From: Felis catus
Lineage: Eukaryota
Direction of reading: 5' to 3'
Length of the DNA stretch: 64,000 nucleotides
Assembly (NCBI RefSeq): GCF_018350175.1
Contig: NC_058368.1
Span: 207,640,001-207,704,000 of the forward strand
Shown here: positions 63,053 to 64,000 of the stretch, one piece after another
Position numbering within the stretch: the stretch's first letter is position 1
How the letters are laid out: every line of letters starts with the position of its first letter
Notes under the pieces: generated by a model
The model's database searches: none
What the model saw: the letters and a program-made list of their open reading frames with translations, nothing else
Told to the model about the DNA's origin: nothing
Position numbers and translations under genes: made by a program

Positions 63053-64000
63053 GAATGAAGAAAATAGTAACTACTCAGGGATGATTTTGTAATCTATCAC
63101 TTCCTATTTGGATATTATTAATTCTGAATACTGCTATGAATACTGGAGGGCTACTACCCTCTTAGAATTTATCATCAGTTAAAAACGAGAAGTGGAAAGA
63201 TTGCATGAAGTACTGATAGACAACAATCAAGGGTTCCATGTAACTTTTATCATTTTTTTCTGGTGCAATACCAAGTGCACTTTACAATTCCTAAGCTCAC
63301 TGATAACTAATTCAAGTCTTAGGTGATTTGGGGTCCATCCCAAACAGAATGGAAACCTGCTGATTAAACCAGTAGCGCTTGTGTACCTGTTGCTTTTTAT
63401 TTAAACACTTTCTTTGGCTGGGCTTTGTCTTAGCTTGGCTTCCCCATTTAGGAGGTGATTCTGGGAAAAAATCATGCGCAAGTGGAAAAGTGGACAGGAA
63501 GAGAAAGGCAGTCAACAAAGCCTTGTTAAGGAAAAGGTTGCCACTTGAATAACTGGAGCTTATTCCAGTTAGGAACTCAGAGTAGCAGTGTTATCCCACC
63601 CAGTGGGAAATAAATCGCGATGCTTCTACATCAACTCCTGTCCATGTGAAGTTGAAGCCTAACTCCTGGGCAGGTGGTGAGCCACTCAGGATACTGGGCA
63701 AGCTGACAAAGAGCTTTGGAAGCCAAAGAAAAGAGATCTGTTTAAAAAAAAAAAAAATGCAAGTGATGTCAGTTGAAAGTTGAGTGAAGCAAAGTCACTG
63801 GTGTGGTGAGGGTGAAGGTCTATGGGCAAGACCACCTGGAGCATCTATTGTTACCTTTCATGTTAAGCATTATTCCAAATTTTAATTATCATATCTGTTT
63901 AATTTCACTTTTATTTTGCCAAATCTCCTGCTTTTCTTAATTTCTCTAAACCTCCTGCTTATTCCTTCCTTGAACTGGATCCTTGATGTTCTTAATTTCC

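Larger units (their letters stand above)
1..64000 (+). other. FYB1: FYB1 (FYN-binding protein 1 / ADAP / SLAP-130) gene body, partial; both ends lie outside the window
   Basis: 14 phase-compatible GT-AG exons translate to peptides I recognise as ADAP (e.g. AKACCDVKGGKNELSFKQGEQIEIIRITDNPEGKWLGRTARGS, YDGEIRVLYSTKV). I did not find the large N-terminal exon or the final YGYVLRSY... exons in the window. Confidence 0.97.

Noticed and set aside
1..64000. CRISPR array, prokaryotic defence system, retrogene or intact autonomous element
   Set aside because: There is no regularly spaced repeat-spacer array and no long ORF (max 160 aa). I recognised no intact RT, transposase or processed pseudogene; the window is eukaryotic intron-exon DNA.

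Overview
Mammalian, almost certainly felid, genomic DNA, judged by about 43 tRNA-Lys-derived Can-SINEs of the SINEC_Fc type and a feline-type L1 3' end. The whole window lies within the FYB1 gene (ADAP/SLAP-130) on the + strand. Bases 1-23588 are the 3' part of a large intron. They are followed by 14 GT-AG coding exons (157, 47, 20, 35, 121, 160, 145, 23, 67, 138, 26, 67, 91 and 163 nt; 1260 nt total; roughly exons 3-16 by human numbering as I recall it) that splice into one open frame. This frame runs from the end of the proline-rich region through the N-terminal hSH3, the YDDV/YDGI/FPPPP motifs and the 46-aa ADAP-130 cassette to most of the C-terminal hSH3. The start and stop exons are outside the window. 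The remainder is intronic SINE, L1, L2, MIR, LTR and DNA-transposon remnants and microsatellites. I see no new gene or undescribed system. The most interesting signals are a frame-preserving exon-pair architecture of the phosphotyrosine motifs, a splicing-factor motif arrangement around the 138-nt cassette, a compact haematopoietic enhancer-like motif cluster, and young or inverted SINE insertions. Repeat family names and human/mouse comparisons are from memory, and repeat boundaries are approximate.
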